Source: an uncultured delta proteobacterium
GTDB taxonomy: Bacteria; Desulfobacterota; Desulfobaccia; Desulfobaccales; 0-14-0-80-60-11
Direction of reading: 5' to 3'
Assembly (NCBI GenBank): GCA_963812015.1
Contig: CAWETI010000002.1
Location: 256,001-320,000, forward strand
DNA: 64,000 nucleotides
Position numbers and translations under genes: made by a program. This document shows, piece by piece, positions 10,437 through 20,254 of the stretch. Within the stretch, counting starts at the first letter, position 1. Every line of letters starts with the position of its first letter. Below the pieces are notes generated by a model. The model worked only from the letters and a program-made list of their open reading frames with translations. It was not told the origin of the DNA and ran no database searches.

Positions 10437-11315
10437 TCACCCCGCCCCCACCTTCCCCGGCTCTCCCCTCAAGAGCGCCACCTGATTGCTGATTTCGACA
10501 AATTCCCCCAGGCTCAGGGTTTCGCCCCGGCGCTGGGGGTCGATGCCCAAGTGAGCCAGGAGGTCGCGCATCTTCTCAAGGGTCAGCCCCAGGGTTGCGG
10601 CCTGAGTCACCAGGGTGTTGTTCAAGGTCTTGCGGCGATGGCCAAACGCGGTTTTGACCACCTGGTGGAGCGTGGCTGCGTCGAGGGCCGCCGGGTCCGG
10701 CGTCTCCGGGAGCAACCGCATCACAGCCGAATCCACCTGGGGCGGAGGGAAAAAATTGCCCGGGGACAGGGAGAAAAGGCGGGTGATCCGAAAATAATAC
10801 TGGACCAGGACCGACAGAATCCCATAATCTTTGGTGCCCGGGGAGGCCGACAGCCGCGCCCCCACCTCCTGCTGCATCATGAGCACGGCCTGGGCCACGG
10901 CCGGGATGTCCCGAATCAAGGTGAACAGGAGGGGAGAGGTGATCTGGTAGGGTAGGTTCCCCACCACCGCCAGGGGCCGGCCCGCCTCCCGGGCGGCCCC
11001 GGGAAAGTCGAACTCCAGCACATCCTGGCAGATGACTTCCACCCCGGGGGTCTCGACAAAGAGCTCTTCCCGGAGAAACCGGGCCAATTCCGGGTCCCGT
11101 TCCAAGGCGATCACCCGGCGGGCGGCCGGCGCCAGGAACCCGGTGAGGGCCCCCAGACCCGCGCCGATCTCCACCACGGTGTCCTCGCCGGTAAGCTGCA
11201 AGGCCGCGACAATACGCCGGGCCTGGTGCGGATGGAGCAGGAAATGCTGCCCCCAGGTCTTCTTAGGCCTCAGGCCCAGACGGTTCAGGAGGGTTTTGGG
11301 AGAGTTGAAGGACAC
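10437..11315 (-). CDS. rsmA: 16S rRNA m6,2A dimethyltransferase
   Basis: KKTWGQHFL, EIGAGLGALT, GNLPYQI, FFPPPQVDS. Confidence 0.97.
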   Translation of the reverse strand: MSFNSPKTLLNRLGLRPKKTWGQHFLLHPHQARRIVAALQLTGEDTVVEIGAGLGALTGFLAPAARRVIALERDPELARFLREELFVETPGVEVICQDVLEFDFPGAAREAGRPLAVVGNLPYQITSPLLFTLIRDIPAVAQAVLMMQQEVGARLSASPGTKDYGILSVLVQYYFRITRLFSLSPGNFFPPPQVDSAVMRLLPETPDPAALDAATLHQVVKTAFGHRRKTLNNTLVTQAATLGLTLEKMRDLLAHLGIDPQRRGETLSLGEFVEISNQVALLRGEPGKVGAG

Positions 11316-11769
11316 TGAGAGCCTTTTCCGCTTTGCGCCGTTGATAGCGCTGGATGATCCACAGGGTCAAAAAATATGCCGCGATGGCCGGAGGAATGGC
11401 GATGATGACGCCCCCCACCTGCAAGGCCAACCCGCCCTGCCAGAGCACGTCGATCCACGCTTTAAAGCAGAAGGTTTCCGGAAACACCAAGGGCCGGCCG
11501 CGATACAACAGGAACTGCCCCAGCTTATAGGAGGCGATATAGATGGGCCCAATGGTCACAGGATTGCCGATCTGGACGCCGATAAACGCGGTAACCGGGG
11601 AGACCCGAAAGAGGGCGGCCAGGGACAGGGCGGCCGCCATATGGAAGGGGATGGTGGGAGTGATGCCGATGAACACCCCTATGGCCATGCCCCCGGCAAT
11701 TTTCCGGGGATCTTCCTGGAGACGGAGGAATTTCAGCCAGTGGAAGCGGAAGAAGCGTCGCAGGTCCAT
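11263..11769 (-). CDS. DUF2062 family membrane protein
   Basis: PRKIAGGMAIGVFIGITP, NPVTIGPIY...YKLG. Confidence 0.85.
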   Translation of the reverse strand: MDLRRFFRFHWLKFLRLQEDPRKIAGGMAIGVFIGITPTIPFHMAAALSLAALFRVSPVTAFIGVQIGNPVTIGPIYIASYKLGQFLLYRGRPLVFPETFCFKAWIDVLWQGGLALQVGGVIIAIPPAIAAYFLTLWIIQRYQRRKAEKALSVLQLSQNPPEPSGPEA

Positions 11770-11778
11770 AAGAAACGC

Positions 11779-13458
11779 TTAAGGGGACAATGCCTGGCCG
11801 GGGTCGGCCGCCGCCTCCCGGAGCAACCGGCGCAGCACCTTGCCCACCAGGCTCTTGGGCAACTCGGGGCGAAACTCGATGATCTTGGGCACCTTGTAGA
11901 CCGCCAGCAAGCGGCGGCAGTGGGCCTCGATGTCGGCCGCGGTAAGCGCTGCCCCATCCTGGGGCACAATCACCACTTTCACGGTTTCCCCCCGGTAAGC
12001 ATCGGGCACTCCCAGGGCCACGGCCTCTTTCACCCCGGGGTGCTGATAGAGCACCTCTTCCACCTCCCGGGGATAGATTTTGTAGCCCCCGGCAATGATC
12101 AGGTCCTTCTTGCGTTCCACGATGGTGAAATAGCCGTCCTCCGCCATACGGGCCAAATCTCCCGTATAGAGCCAGCCGTCCCGCAAGACCATGTCGGTCT
12201 CCTGGGGGTTGCGCCAGTATCCCTCCATGACCTGGGGGCCCTGGATGACCAGCTCTCCCACTTCACCGGGCGGCATCTCCCGGGTGCCGGTCTCCTGGTC
12301 CATCACCTTCGCCAGGGTGCTGGGCAGGGGCATACCCATGCAGCCTGCCGGCCTGGCGCCTTGGACGGGATTGAAATGGGTCACGGGGGCGGCTTCGGTC
12401 AGGCCATAGCCCTCCAGCATGGTGCAGCCGCTGAGGGCCTCGAAGCGGTCCCGCACTTCCTGGGGCAGGGGGGCCGACCCGCTGATGCAGGCCCACAGGG
12501 AGGACAGGTCGAGCTTGGGCAGGCGGGGGTGGTTGATCAGGGCCACAAAGAGGGTGGGGACCCCGGGCAACATGGTGGGCCGGTATTTCTCCATGGCCTT
12601 TAAAAAGCCGTTGATTTCAAACCGGGGCAGCACGATGATCATGGCCCCCTGGGACATGGGCCAGTTGAGACAGGCGGTGAGCCCGAAGGAGTGGGAAAAG
12701 GGGAGCAGGCCCATGACCCGTTCCTGGCCGTAACGCACCTGGGGGAGCCAGGCATTGATCTGGGCCACGTTGACCATGAGGTTGCCGTGCGTCAGCCTGG
12801 CCGCTTTGGGGGTGCCGGTCGTGCCGCCGGTATATTGCAGCACCGCCAAGTCCCGGGGTTCCGGCAGAGGCAGGATGGTCTGGGGGGGATGTTTCAGCAA
12901 CTTCCGCCAGGCGTGCCGTCCCGGCCCCGGCTCAAACCCCGTGGCCAGGCCGTCTCGCCGGGCTTTGACGGGATAGAGCCAGTTCAGGGGCCAGGGGAGA
13001 CTATCTGACAGACTGGTGATGATGATTTGGCTCAGGTCCACCTGACCCAGAATCTCGTCCAGCCGGGGCAGGAAATGGTCCAGGAGCACCAGGCGCTGGG
13101 CCCCGGAGTCGGCCAGTTGGTGAGCCAGTTCCTTGGCGCTGAGGAGGGGATTGAGCATCACCACCACCGCGCCCAGGCGCAGGGCGGCATGGTAGGCGAT
13201 CACCAGTTGGGGGCAATTGGGGAGGAAAATACCCAGGCGCTCCCCGGGGGCCAGACCCAGACTCTTCAGGGCGGCGGCCAGACTGGCGGTCTGGGTGTTT
13301 AGTTCGCCATAGGTGATGGTCCGGCCGAAAAAGACCAGGGCCGGGGCCCGGGGGGATTGTTCCGCGGCTTGCAGCAACAGCCAGGGCAAGGAGGTTGTGA
13401 CCGGCCCCACGGTGAGGGGCACTCCCTGGTCATAATGCTGGGCCCAGGGCAAGGTCAT
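11779..13458 (-). CDS. Long-chain fatty acid-CoA ligase (FadD-like)
   Basis: QYTGGTTGTPK, EGYGLTE, WLYTGD, YKIYPREVEE. Confidence 0.93.
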   Translation of the reverse strand: MTLPWAQHYDQGVPLTVGPVTTSLPWLLLQAAEQSPRAPALVFFGRTITYGELNTQTASLAAALKSLGLAPGERLGIFLPNCPQLVIAYHAALRLGAVVVMLNPLLSAKELAHQLADSGAQRLVLLDHFLPRLDEILGQVDLSQIIITSLSDSLPWPLNWLYPVKARRDGLATGFEPGPGRHAWRKLLKHPPQTILPLPEPRDLAVLQYTGGTTGTPKAARLTHGNLMVNVAQINAWLPQVRYGQERVMGLLPFSHSFGLTACLNWPMSQGAMIIVLPRFEINGFLKAMEKYRPTMLPGVPTLFVALINHPRLPKLDLSSLWACISGSAPLPQEVRDRFEALSGCTMLEGYGLTEAAPVTHFNPVQGARPAGCMGMPLPSTLAKVMDQETGTREMPPGEVGELVIQGPQVMEGYWRNPQETDMVLRDGWLYTGDLARMAEDGYFTIVERKKDLIIAGGYKIYPREVEEVLYQHPGVKEAVALGVPDAYRGETVKVVIVPQDGAALTAADIEAHCRRLLAVYKVPKIIEFRPELPKSLVGKVLRRLLREAAADPGQALSP

Positions 13459-13580
13459 CAGTTTACTCCTCTATCCGGCGGTTGAAAGACGGATTGCTGG
13501 TCATCCGGTAACGAAGTGTCAGAGCCTTCGCCTGGTTCGGAATGGCAGGCTGAAGAACGTGGCGGTTTTTCAACAGCCGG

Positions 13581-14084
13581 TTAATGCTGGTGGGAGCCTC
13601 CTTCCTGGCATTCTGAACATTCACAGGCATGATGCTCTTCGAGATCCTCAGGGGTGGCCTCCCGCACCTGGCGGATGGTAAAGGAAACTTCCAGGTTTTT
13701 GCCCGCCAGGGGATGGTTAAAGTCGATGAGCACCGATTCGGGCCGTACCTCTTGGACGATGAAATACACCGGCTGGCCGTCTTCGTTCTCGGTTTCGAAC
13801 ACCAGGCCCGGCCGCAACTCCACCTCCGGGCCAAAGTCGGAGCGAGGGACCTCCATGAGCAGTTCGTCGTCGAATTCGCCGTAGGCCTGTTCGGCGGAGA
13901 GGTTGATGACTTTATGGTCATCTTTTGCCATGCCCATCAGGGCTTCTTCCAGACCCGGAGGCATCGCCCCCCAGCCCATGCAGAAAGAGATTTCTTCCGG
14001 CGTGCCATCGGGGGGATAGGTTTCCTCCTCACCCAGGTTGATGAGGTAATCAATGGTGACAAATGAATCTTTCTCGATTTTCAT
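13581..14084 (-). CDS. slyD: FKBP-type peptidyl-prolyl isomerase, SlyD-like
   Basis: GLEEAL, AYGE, IDFNHPLAGK, REAT and His/Cys-rich tail. Confidence 0.9.
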   Translation of the reverse strand: MKIEKDSFVTIDYLINLGEEETYPPDGTPEEISFCMGWGAMPPGLEEALMGMAKDDHKVINLSAEQAYGEFDDELLMEVPRSDFGPEVELRPGLVFETENEDGQPVYFIVQEVRPESVLIDFNHPLAGKNLEVSFTIRQVREATPEDLEEHHACECSECQEGGSHQH

Positions 14085-14229
14085 GGTGTTTTCCTCAGGC
14101 AGGAGGTACTCCGCCCCTGGGGTTTGGAAATAAATGGTCTTATCTGGGGAACCTCAACCGGCTAACCAGGGGCAGGCTGCCTGACCGGGATATGCGCTTG
14201 TAGCAGGGGCCGGCCCCGACTCCTCGCCT

Positions 14230-14862
14230 TTATGGTTTGGTGCCCATGATGATCCGGCCGGTATTGAGCAGATTGCACGGCACCGTGTTCTGAATGCTGA
14301 TGCCCACATCTTTCATGACCCGGATGACGTCCAGATCGGTGGTAAAGCCGACGCGGACAAAAACCGGCGCCATGACGTCCTCGACGCGGCCCCAGAGACT
14401 GCCGTTCTGGGAGCGGGTGTGATTAACCGCGATGATATGGCCGCCGGGCTTGACGACCCGGTGGATCTCCCGGCAGACCTTATGAGGGTCCTGGACGGTG
14501 GTGATCACGTACGCGGCCATGACGATGTCGAAATGATTATCGGGAAATTCCAGGCGGGAGGCGTCCATGACGTGCAAGTCGAAGCGACAGCCGCTGTTGA
14601 TGTTGGCGGCCTTTTCCCTGGCCCGTTCGATCATGGCCCGGGAAATATCGATTCCCACCAGCCGGGTTCTCGGGGGGTAAAAATCCAGGGTGGAGCCGGG
14701 ACCCACGCCGATCTCCAGGACCTTCTGGTTAGGCAGCCGGGGCACATACTTGAAGGCTTTGCGCCGGCCGGGGCCCAGGAGCTTGCCGAAAACATATTCG
14801 TAGAAAGGCGAATAAAACGAATATAATTGTTCCATGTAACGCGGATTTACCTTACATTTCAT
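14230..14862 (-). CDS. Class I SAM methyltransferase, PmtA-like
   Basis: VLEIGVGPG, VGIDIS, YVITTVQDP, RVVKPGG. Confidence 0.8.
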   Translation of the reverse strand: MKCKVNPRYMEQLYSFYSPFYEYVFGKLLGPGRRKAFKYVPRLPNQKVLEIGVGPGSTLDFYPPRTRLVGIDISRAMIERAREKAANINSGCRFDLHVMDASRLEFPDNHFDIVMAAYVITTVQDPHKVCREIHRVVKPGGHIIAVNHTRSQNGSLWGRVEDVMAPVFVRVGFTTDLDVIRVMKDVGISIQNTVPCNLLNTGRIIMGTKP

Positions 14863-14990
14863 CAGGGAATCCTCATTTAGGGTATAAACTGAACTAGCCG
14901 GGCCGCGCAAAAACTACCGCCGGGGAATCTTCTCAAAATAGATAATTTTACCCCAGGGCCATTTAAAAAGTAAATCTAAAAATTTTCCCC

Positions 14991-15224
14991 TCAATCCCAG
15001 GGCCTTATTCTGGGCTTGATCAACTCTACCTCCCAGACATCCTGAGCCTGATTATATTGCAGAAGATAGGCGCAATCATCCACCCTCACCTTGAAGCAGA
15101 GGTACCCTGGCGCCATCCATCTTTCCATGATCTGGTGCACTTCCAGCCAGGTCTCCCCCCAGGTGAACCGGCGGGGCCGTTCATGGAGCCGATATCCGGA
15201 ATATGTCTCTACCCGGCAACGCAT
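14991..15224 (-). CDS. Small hypothetical protein
   Basis: VETYSGY...ERPRRF...RW...FKV...W pattern recalled from a conserved small-protein family. Confidence 0.6.
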   Translation of the reverse strand: MRCRVETYSGYRLHERPRRFTWGETWLEVHQIMERWMAPGYLCFKVRVDDCAYLLQYNQAQDVWEVELIKPRIRPWD

Positions 15225-15469
15225 CTGCGGTGGCTGATCCAAGCGCTACGGGAAAAAAACGGGCTTGGGCCTGCCCTTGACATCATAACCGAGATTGGCG
15301 CTTGATTGCAGGCCGGAAACCCGTTGCAATAGTAACACGAGTAATTTACAATGGCAATGAATCATTAGCGTAATTGTGTAGTTGGCTCCCACCCGGGGGC
15401 CGACCGCAATTGCCCATTTAAGAGGCGCCCGGGGAATATTCTCGGTGGCCGGCGGGAAGGTTACTCTAC

Positions 15470-16786
15470 ATGTCTTTTACGAAAATGATGGGATTAAGGC
15501 GGGTGGTGATCACCGGTGTGGGTATGGTTACTTCTATGGGGCTTGATGTGCCCACCGTGTGGAATCGTCTGCTGGCTGGAGAATCCGGGGTGGCCCGTCT
15601 CAGCCGCTTTGATCCCGAAATCATGGAGCGTTATCGCGTGCCGGATGATTTTCCCGTCATCGGCGGCGTCATCCCGGATTTTGATTTGAGACAGATCTTG
15701 CAGGCCCGCAAAGATGAAGTCACCAAGGAAGACTTAAAGCAGATCAAGTACACGGATCGCTTTACCCAGTTTGCCCTGGCCGCCAGTATGGAGGCGGTGC
15801 AGGACTCGGGTCTCAACCTGGAGGTGGAGGACCCGGAGCGGGCCGGGGTGATCATCGCCAGTGGCATGGGGGGCGTCGCCTCCTGGGAAGATGGGGTCAA
15901 GAAACTCCTGGCCGAAGGGGTGCGCCGGGTTTCTCCCTTCCTGGTGCCCAAGATGATTCCCAACCTGGCCGCCGGGAACGTCTCCATCCGGTTTAAAGCC
16001 AAAGGCCCCAATATCGCCCTGTCCACCGCCTGCGCCGCCGGGGCCCATGCCGTCGGCCTGGCCTACCGATCCATCCAAATGGGGGAAGCGGATCTCATGG
16101 CCGCCGGGGGCACCGAGGCCGCGGTGACCATTTTGACTTTGACGGCCTTTTACCGCATGGGGGCCCTGGCCGTGGGCTATAATGACCGCCCCGAGGCCGC
16201 CAGCCGTCCCTTTGATGTGAATCGCTGCGGTTTTGTCATGTCGGAAGGCTGCGGCATTATGGTGCTGGAGGAACTGGACCACGCCCTGGCCCGCAACGCC
16301 AATATCTATGCGGAAATCATCGGCTTTGGCATGAGCGGCGACGCCCACCACATCACCGATCCGGATAAAGAGGGCGCCAAGCGCTGCATCCAACTGGCCA
16401 TGAAGAACGGCGGCGTCACGCCCCAAGACATTGATTACGTCAACCCACATGCCACGGCCACCCCGGTGGGCGATCGTAATGAAACCCTGGCGTTGAAGGA
16501 AATCTTCGGCGATGGCGCCCCCAGCCTCCTGGTGAGCGGCACCAAGTCCATGACCGGCCATTTGCTGGGCGCCGCCGGCGCGGTGGAAGGCATTTTTTGT
16601 GCCCTGTCCATCCGGGACGGGAAGGTGCCGCCCACCATCAATCTGGACAACATCGACCCGGACTGCGCCGGCCTGGATATCGTCCAGGGCAAGGCCCGTT
16701 CGGCCGACATCCGCCATGTCCTGTCCAATTCCTTCGGATTCGGGGGCACCAACGCCGCCCTGGTATTCAAACGCTTTGAAGGCTGA
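15470..16786 (+). CDS. fabF: 3-oxoacyl-ACP synthase II
   Basis: RRVVITG, TACAAG (catalytic Cys), PHATAT, KSMTGHLLGAAG, SNSFGFGG. Confidence 0.95.
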   Translation: MSFTKMMGLRRVVITGVGMVTSMGLDVPTVWNRLLAGESGVARLSRFDPEIMERYRVPDDFPVIGGVIPDFDLRQILQARKDEVTKEDLKQIKYTDRFTQFALAASMEAVQDSGLNLEVEDPERAGVIIASGMGGVASWEDGVKKLLAEGVRRVSPFLVPKMIPNLAAGNVSIRFKAKGPNIALSTACAAGAHAVGLAYRSIQMGEADLMAAGGTEAAVTILTLTAFYRMGALAVGYNDRPEAASRPFDVNRCGFVMSEGCGIMVLEELDHALARNANIYAEIIGFGMSGDAHHITDPDKEGAKRCIQLAMKNGGVTPQDIDYVNPHATATPVGDRNETLALKEIFGDGAPSLLVSGTKSMTGHLLGAAGAVEGIFCALSIRDGKVPPTINLDNIDPDCAGLDIVQGKARSADIRHVLSNSFGFGGTNAALVFKRFEG

Positions 16787-16789
16787 GCA

Positions 16790-16968
16790 CGAGCAGGCAG
16801 CGGTCAGGTTTCAGCAGTCAGCTTTGAGAGGCGGAAGCGAGGCATAAGGCCACGACAAGCCGTGCCCCGGCATAACAAATGTGGGGGCGCAGAGGATTGC
16901 GCCCTCTGATGACCCAATAGCCACTTTTTAAGAGCTGACCGCTAAAGCTGATAGCTAACTGCTGATTG
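16790..16968. repeat. Inverted arrays of GCTGA-type heptamers flanking a REP-like hairpin
   Basis: CAGCGGTCAG..TCAGCAGTCAGC versus GCTGACCGCTAAAGCTGATAGCTAACTGCTGA; GGGCGCA..TGCGCCC between them. Confidence 0.5.
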
Positions 16969-16969
16969 C

Positions 16970-18385
16970 ATGGCCACCACCCCTAAACCCATCCGCATCG
17001 CCATCGTCTTAAACGGGCAGGAATTCATCTGCCAGGCGGTCGTCCTGCCCTTCTCCCTGGAAGGTTACCCGCCGGTGGAGATCGTCTGGTACGGCGCCGG
17101 ACCCGAGGTCCCCACCGGCTTGCCGGTGCGCCTCCTGCCGGATTTGCATCCGGAAGAGTTTGATCTCATCCTGGACGGCCAGTTCCTGACCGCCGGCCTG
17201 GCCGATTTTTCGCCGGGCCGGCTGGACCACCTCGTGACCGGTCCCGCGGCCCGCTTCCTGAATGGGCTGGTCTGCCAGCTCCAGGAGATGCGCCACAAGC
17301 AGGAAATCAACTCCGGCGTCATCGACAGCGCCACCGATGCCCTCATTACCATTAATGAAGACCACGTGATGGTCGGTTACAACCGCGGGGCGGAGCAGAT
17401 GTTCGGTTACACCCGGCAGGAAGCCCTGGGCCAGGACCTGAAACTCATCATTCCGCCGCCTTACACAGAAGCCCATGGGACCTACCTACGGCGCTACCTG
17501 GCCACCCGGGAAGCCCATGTCCTCGGCCGGCAGCGGCGCCTCACCGCCCGGCGCCGGGACGGAACGGCATTCCCCCTGAGCATCTCCTTTTCCGTGGCCG
17601 AGATCCAGGGCAACCTGTTTTTTACCGCCATCATGCGGGATATTACCGAATATACCGCCATGGAAGACCGGGTGCTCCAGTCCGAACGCCTGGCCGCGGT
17701 GGGCAATACCGTGACCCATATTGCCCATGAAATCAAAAACCCCCTCCTCATCATCGGGGGGTTTGCCCGGCAGCTGATCAAGGCCCCGGGGTTTGACGAC
17801 CAGGCCCGCCATAAGCTGTCCCTCATGGCCGAAGAGGTAAGTCACCTGGAGGAGATGGTGGCGGATATGCGGGATTTTGTCCGCCGCCCCCCGGCCCAGA
17901 AACGCCAGGGGCAGATCGCCCCGGTGATTGAAGTAGCCCTGGAGCTGTTCCAGGACACCTTTCGGGAGCATAATATCCAGGTGCGCCGAGTGGAGGAATC
18001 CCCCCTGCCCCCCGTGAGCTTCGACCCCCAGCAGGTGCACCAGGTGCTCATCAATTTATTGAAAAACGCCCTGGAGGCCATGCCCCGGGGCGGGAAGCTT
18101 ACCGTCACCAGCCGGGTTAAGGGGGCCAAGGTGGAGATCAGCGTCGCCGATACCGGGGAGGGCATGTCTCCCGAGGTGGCGGGCAATATTTTTCAGCCCT
18201 ATTACACCACCAAGGCCAAGGGGACCGGCCTGGGGCTGGCCATCTGCCAGAATATCGTCCAGGAGCACGGCGGCTGCATTTTTGCCGACAGCGCTCCGGG
18301 CCGGGGGGCCACCTTCACCATCCAACTGCCCCTGGAGCCCTCCTCTCCGGTGGCGGGGGACAATCTCCCCCCAACTAAAGCCTGA
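16970..18385 (+). CDS. Cytoplasmic PAS sensor histidine kinase (copy 1)
   Basis: PAS domain, H-box AHEIKNPL, NLLKNA, DTGEG, GTGLGL; no TM. Confidence 0.93.
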   Translation: MATTPKPIRIAIVLNGQEFICQAVVLPFSLEGYPPVEIVWYGAGPEVPTGLPVRLLPDLHPEEFDLILDGQFLTAGLADFSPGRLDHLVTGPAARFLNGLVCQLQEMRHKQEINSGVIDSATDALITINEDHVMVGYNRGAEQMFGYTRQEALGQDLKLIIPPPYTEAHGTYLRRYLATREAHVLGRQRRLTARRRDGTAFPLSISFSVAEIQGNLFFTAIMRDITEYTAMEDRVLQSERLAAVGNTVTHIAHEIKNPLLIIGGFARQLIKAPGFDDQARHKLSLMAEEVSHLEEMVADMRDFVRRPPAQKRQGQIAPVIEVALELFQDTFREHNIQVRRVEESPLPPVSFDPQQVHQVLINLLKNALEAMPRGGKLTVTSRVKGAKVEISVADTGEGMSPEVAGNIFQPYYTTKAKGTGLGLAICQNIVQEHGGCIFADSAPGRGATFTIQLPLEPSSPVAGDNLPPTKA

Positions 18386-18399
18386 GCGGATTTATTGAG

Positions 18400-19800
18400 A
18401 TGACCACCGCCCCCAAACCCATCCGCATCGCCATCGTCTTGAACGGCGAGGAATTCATCTGCCACCCGGTCACCTTGCCCTTTTCTGTGGAGGGCTACCC
18501 CCCGGTGGACCTGGTCTTGTACGGCGCCAAACCCGAGGCCTTGGGCGGTTTATCAATCAACCTCTTGCCGGATTTGCATCCGGAGGGGTTCGACCTCATC
18601 CTGGACGGACAGTTCATGACCGCCAGGCTTCCGGCGTTTTCGCCGGACCGGGTGGAGAACCTCATTACCGGTCCCGTTGCCCGCTTCTTGAAAGGGCTGG
18701 TCTGTCAGCTTCAGGAGTTGCGCCAGAAGCAGGAGATCAACTCCGGCATCATCAACAGCGCCACCGACGCCATCATCACCATCAACGAGGACCACGTCAT
18801 TGTCGGTTACAACCGCGGGGCGGAGCAGATGTTCGGTTACACCCGGTCAGAAGCCCTGGGCCAGGACTTAGCCATCATCATTCCTCCGCCTTATAAAGCC
18901 AAACACCGGGAGTACGTGCGGCGCTATGTGGCCACCCGGGAGGCCCGGATGATCGGCAAGCACGCCCGTCTCAGCGCCCGGCGCCGGGACGGCCGGGAAT
19001 TTCCCATCAGCATCTCCTTTTCCGTGGCCGAGATTCGGGATAACCTCTATTTCACCGGCATCATTCGGGATATCACCGAATATAAGGCCATGGAAGACCG
19101 GGTGCTCCAAACCGAGCGCCTGGCCGCGGTGGGCAATACCGTGACCCATATTGCCCACGAAATCAAAAACCCCCTGCTCATCATCGGGGGGTTCGCCCGG
19201 CAGCTTCTCAAGATCCCGGACCTGGACGACAAGTCCCGCCATAAGCTGTCCATCATGGCCGAAGAGGTGAGCCACCTGGAGGAAATGGTGGCCGAAATGC
19301 GGGATTTTGTCCGCCGGCCGCCGGCCCAGAAGCGTCCCGGTCGGATCGGCGACGCCCTCACCGCAGCCCTGGAACTGTTCCAGGATACCTTTGCGGAGCA
19401 TAATATCCAGGTGCGCCGGGTGGAGGAAACCCCGCTGCCGCCCGTGACCTTCGACCCCCAGCAGGTGCACCAGGTCCTCATCAATCTGCTCAAAAATGCC
19501 CTGGAGGCCATGCCCCGAGGCGGGGAGATCACCATTACCAGCCGGGTCCGGGAGGCCAAGGCCGAAATCAGCATCGCCGACACCGGCGAGGGCATACCGC
19601 CGGAGGTGGCGGCCAATATTTTTCAGCCTTATTTCACCACCAAGGAAAAAGGGACCGGGATCGGGCTGGCCATCTGCCAGAGCATCATCCAGGAACACGG
19701 CGGCGTAATCCAGGTTGACAGCACCCCGGGCCGGGGGACCACCTTTACCATCCAGCTCCCCCTGGACGAGGCGCCGGTGGCGGATGAGGCTACGAATTAG
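18400..19800 (+). CDS. Cytoplasmic PAS sensor histidine kinase (copy 2, tandem paralog)
   Basis: Colinear and highly similar to 16970-18385. Confidence 0.93.
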   Translation: MTTAPKPIRIAIVLNGEEFICHPVTLPFSVEGYPPVDLVLYGAKPEALGGLSINLLPDLHPEGFDLILDGQFMTARLPAFSPDRVENLITGPVARFLKGLVCQLQELRQKQEINSGIINSATDAIITINEDHVIVGYNRGAEQMFGYTRSEALGQDLAIIIPPPYKAKHREYVRRYVATREARMIGKHARLSARRRDGREFPISISFSVAEIRDNLYFTGIIRDITEYKAMEDRVLQTERLAAVGNTVTHIAHEIKNPLLIIGGFARQLLKIPDLDDKSRHKLSIMAEEVSHLEEMVAEMRDFVRRPPAQKRPGRIGDALTAALELFQDTFAEHNIQVRRVEETPLPPVTFDPQQVHQVLINLLKNALEAMPRGGEITITSRVREAKAEISIADTGEGIPPEVAANIFQPYFTTKEKGTGIGLAICQSIIQEHGGVIQVDSTPGRGTTFTIQLPLDEAPVADEATN

Positions 19801-19929
19801 CGCGCCGGCGACTTTTTGTGATAGATTGAGGCCGGGGCGCGCCTGTGGGTGCGCCACTCCGATGATAAGCTCTAGTGTCATGTCCCGGGGGTATCTTACA
19901 ATTTCCGACTGCCATTCCCGGAGGCTGTT

Positions 19930-19957
19930 GTAGGGGCGGTTCGCGCACTACCCCTAC
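19930..19957. repeat. GTAG-type REP palindrome
   Basis: GTAGGGG...CCCCTAC. Confidence 0.6.
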
Positions 19958-20069
19958 AAAGACCTCTCAAACAAGGGCAAATATTTTTTAAAGATATATC
20001 TGGGACGCAACACCCGTATCGTGGTGCATAAATTTTATGATATGAATCCGGCCATAAGATGAATTTTGG

Positions 20070-20201
20070 GTGTTTCAAGTCCCTCTTTGAAAAAGGGGGA
20101 TTTAGGGGGATTTCGAACGGTCATAAAAATCCCCCCTGGCCCCCTTTTAGGAAAGGGGGGTAAAAGACCGCTTTTTCATTGTTACCTTAATTTTGAGACA
20201 C
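20070..20201. repeat. MITE-like element with internal hairpins
   Basis: Ends GTGTTTCAA / TTGAGACAC (1 mismatch); internal CCCTCTTT-GAA-AAAGGGGG and CCCCTTT..AAAGGGGG. Confidence 0.5.
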
Positions 20202-20254
20202 ACCACTAAAGCGCTAAGGGTCTTTGACCCGGTACGCCAGGTAACCGGTCCCTC

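Noticed and set aside
15294..15310. Sigma-54 promoter upstream of fabF (TTGGCGCTTGATTGCA)
   Set aside because: GG-to-GC spacing is 9 rather than the required 10.
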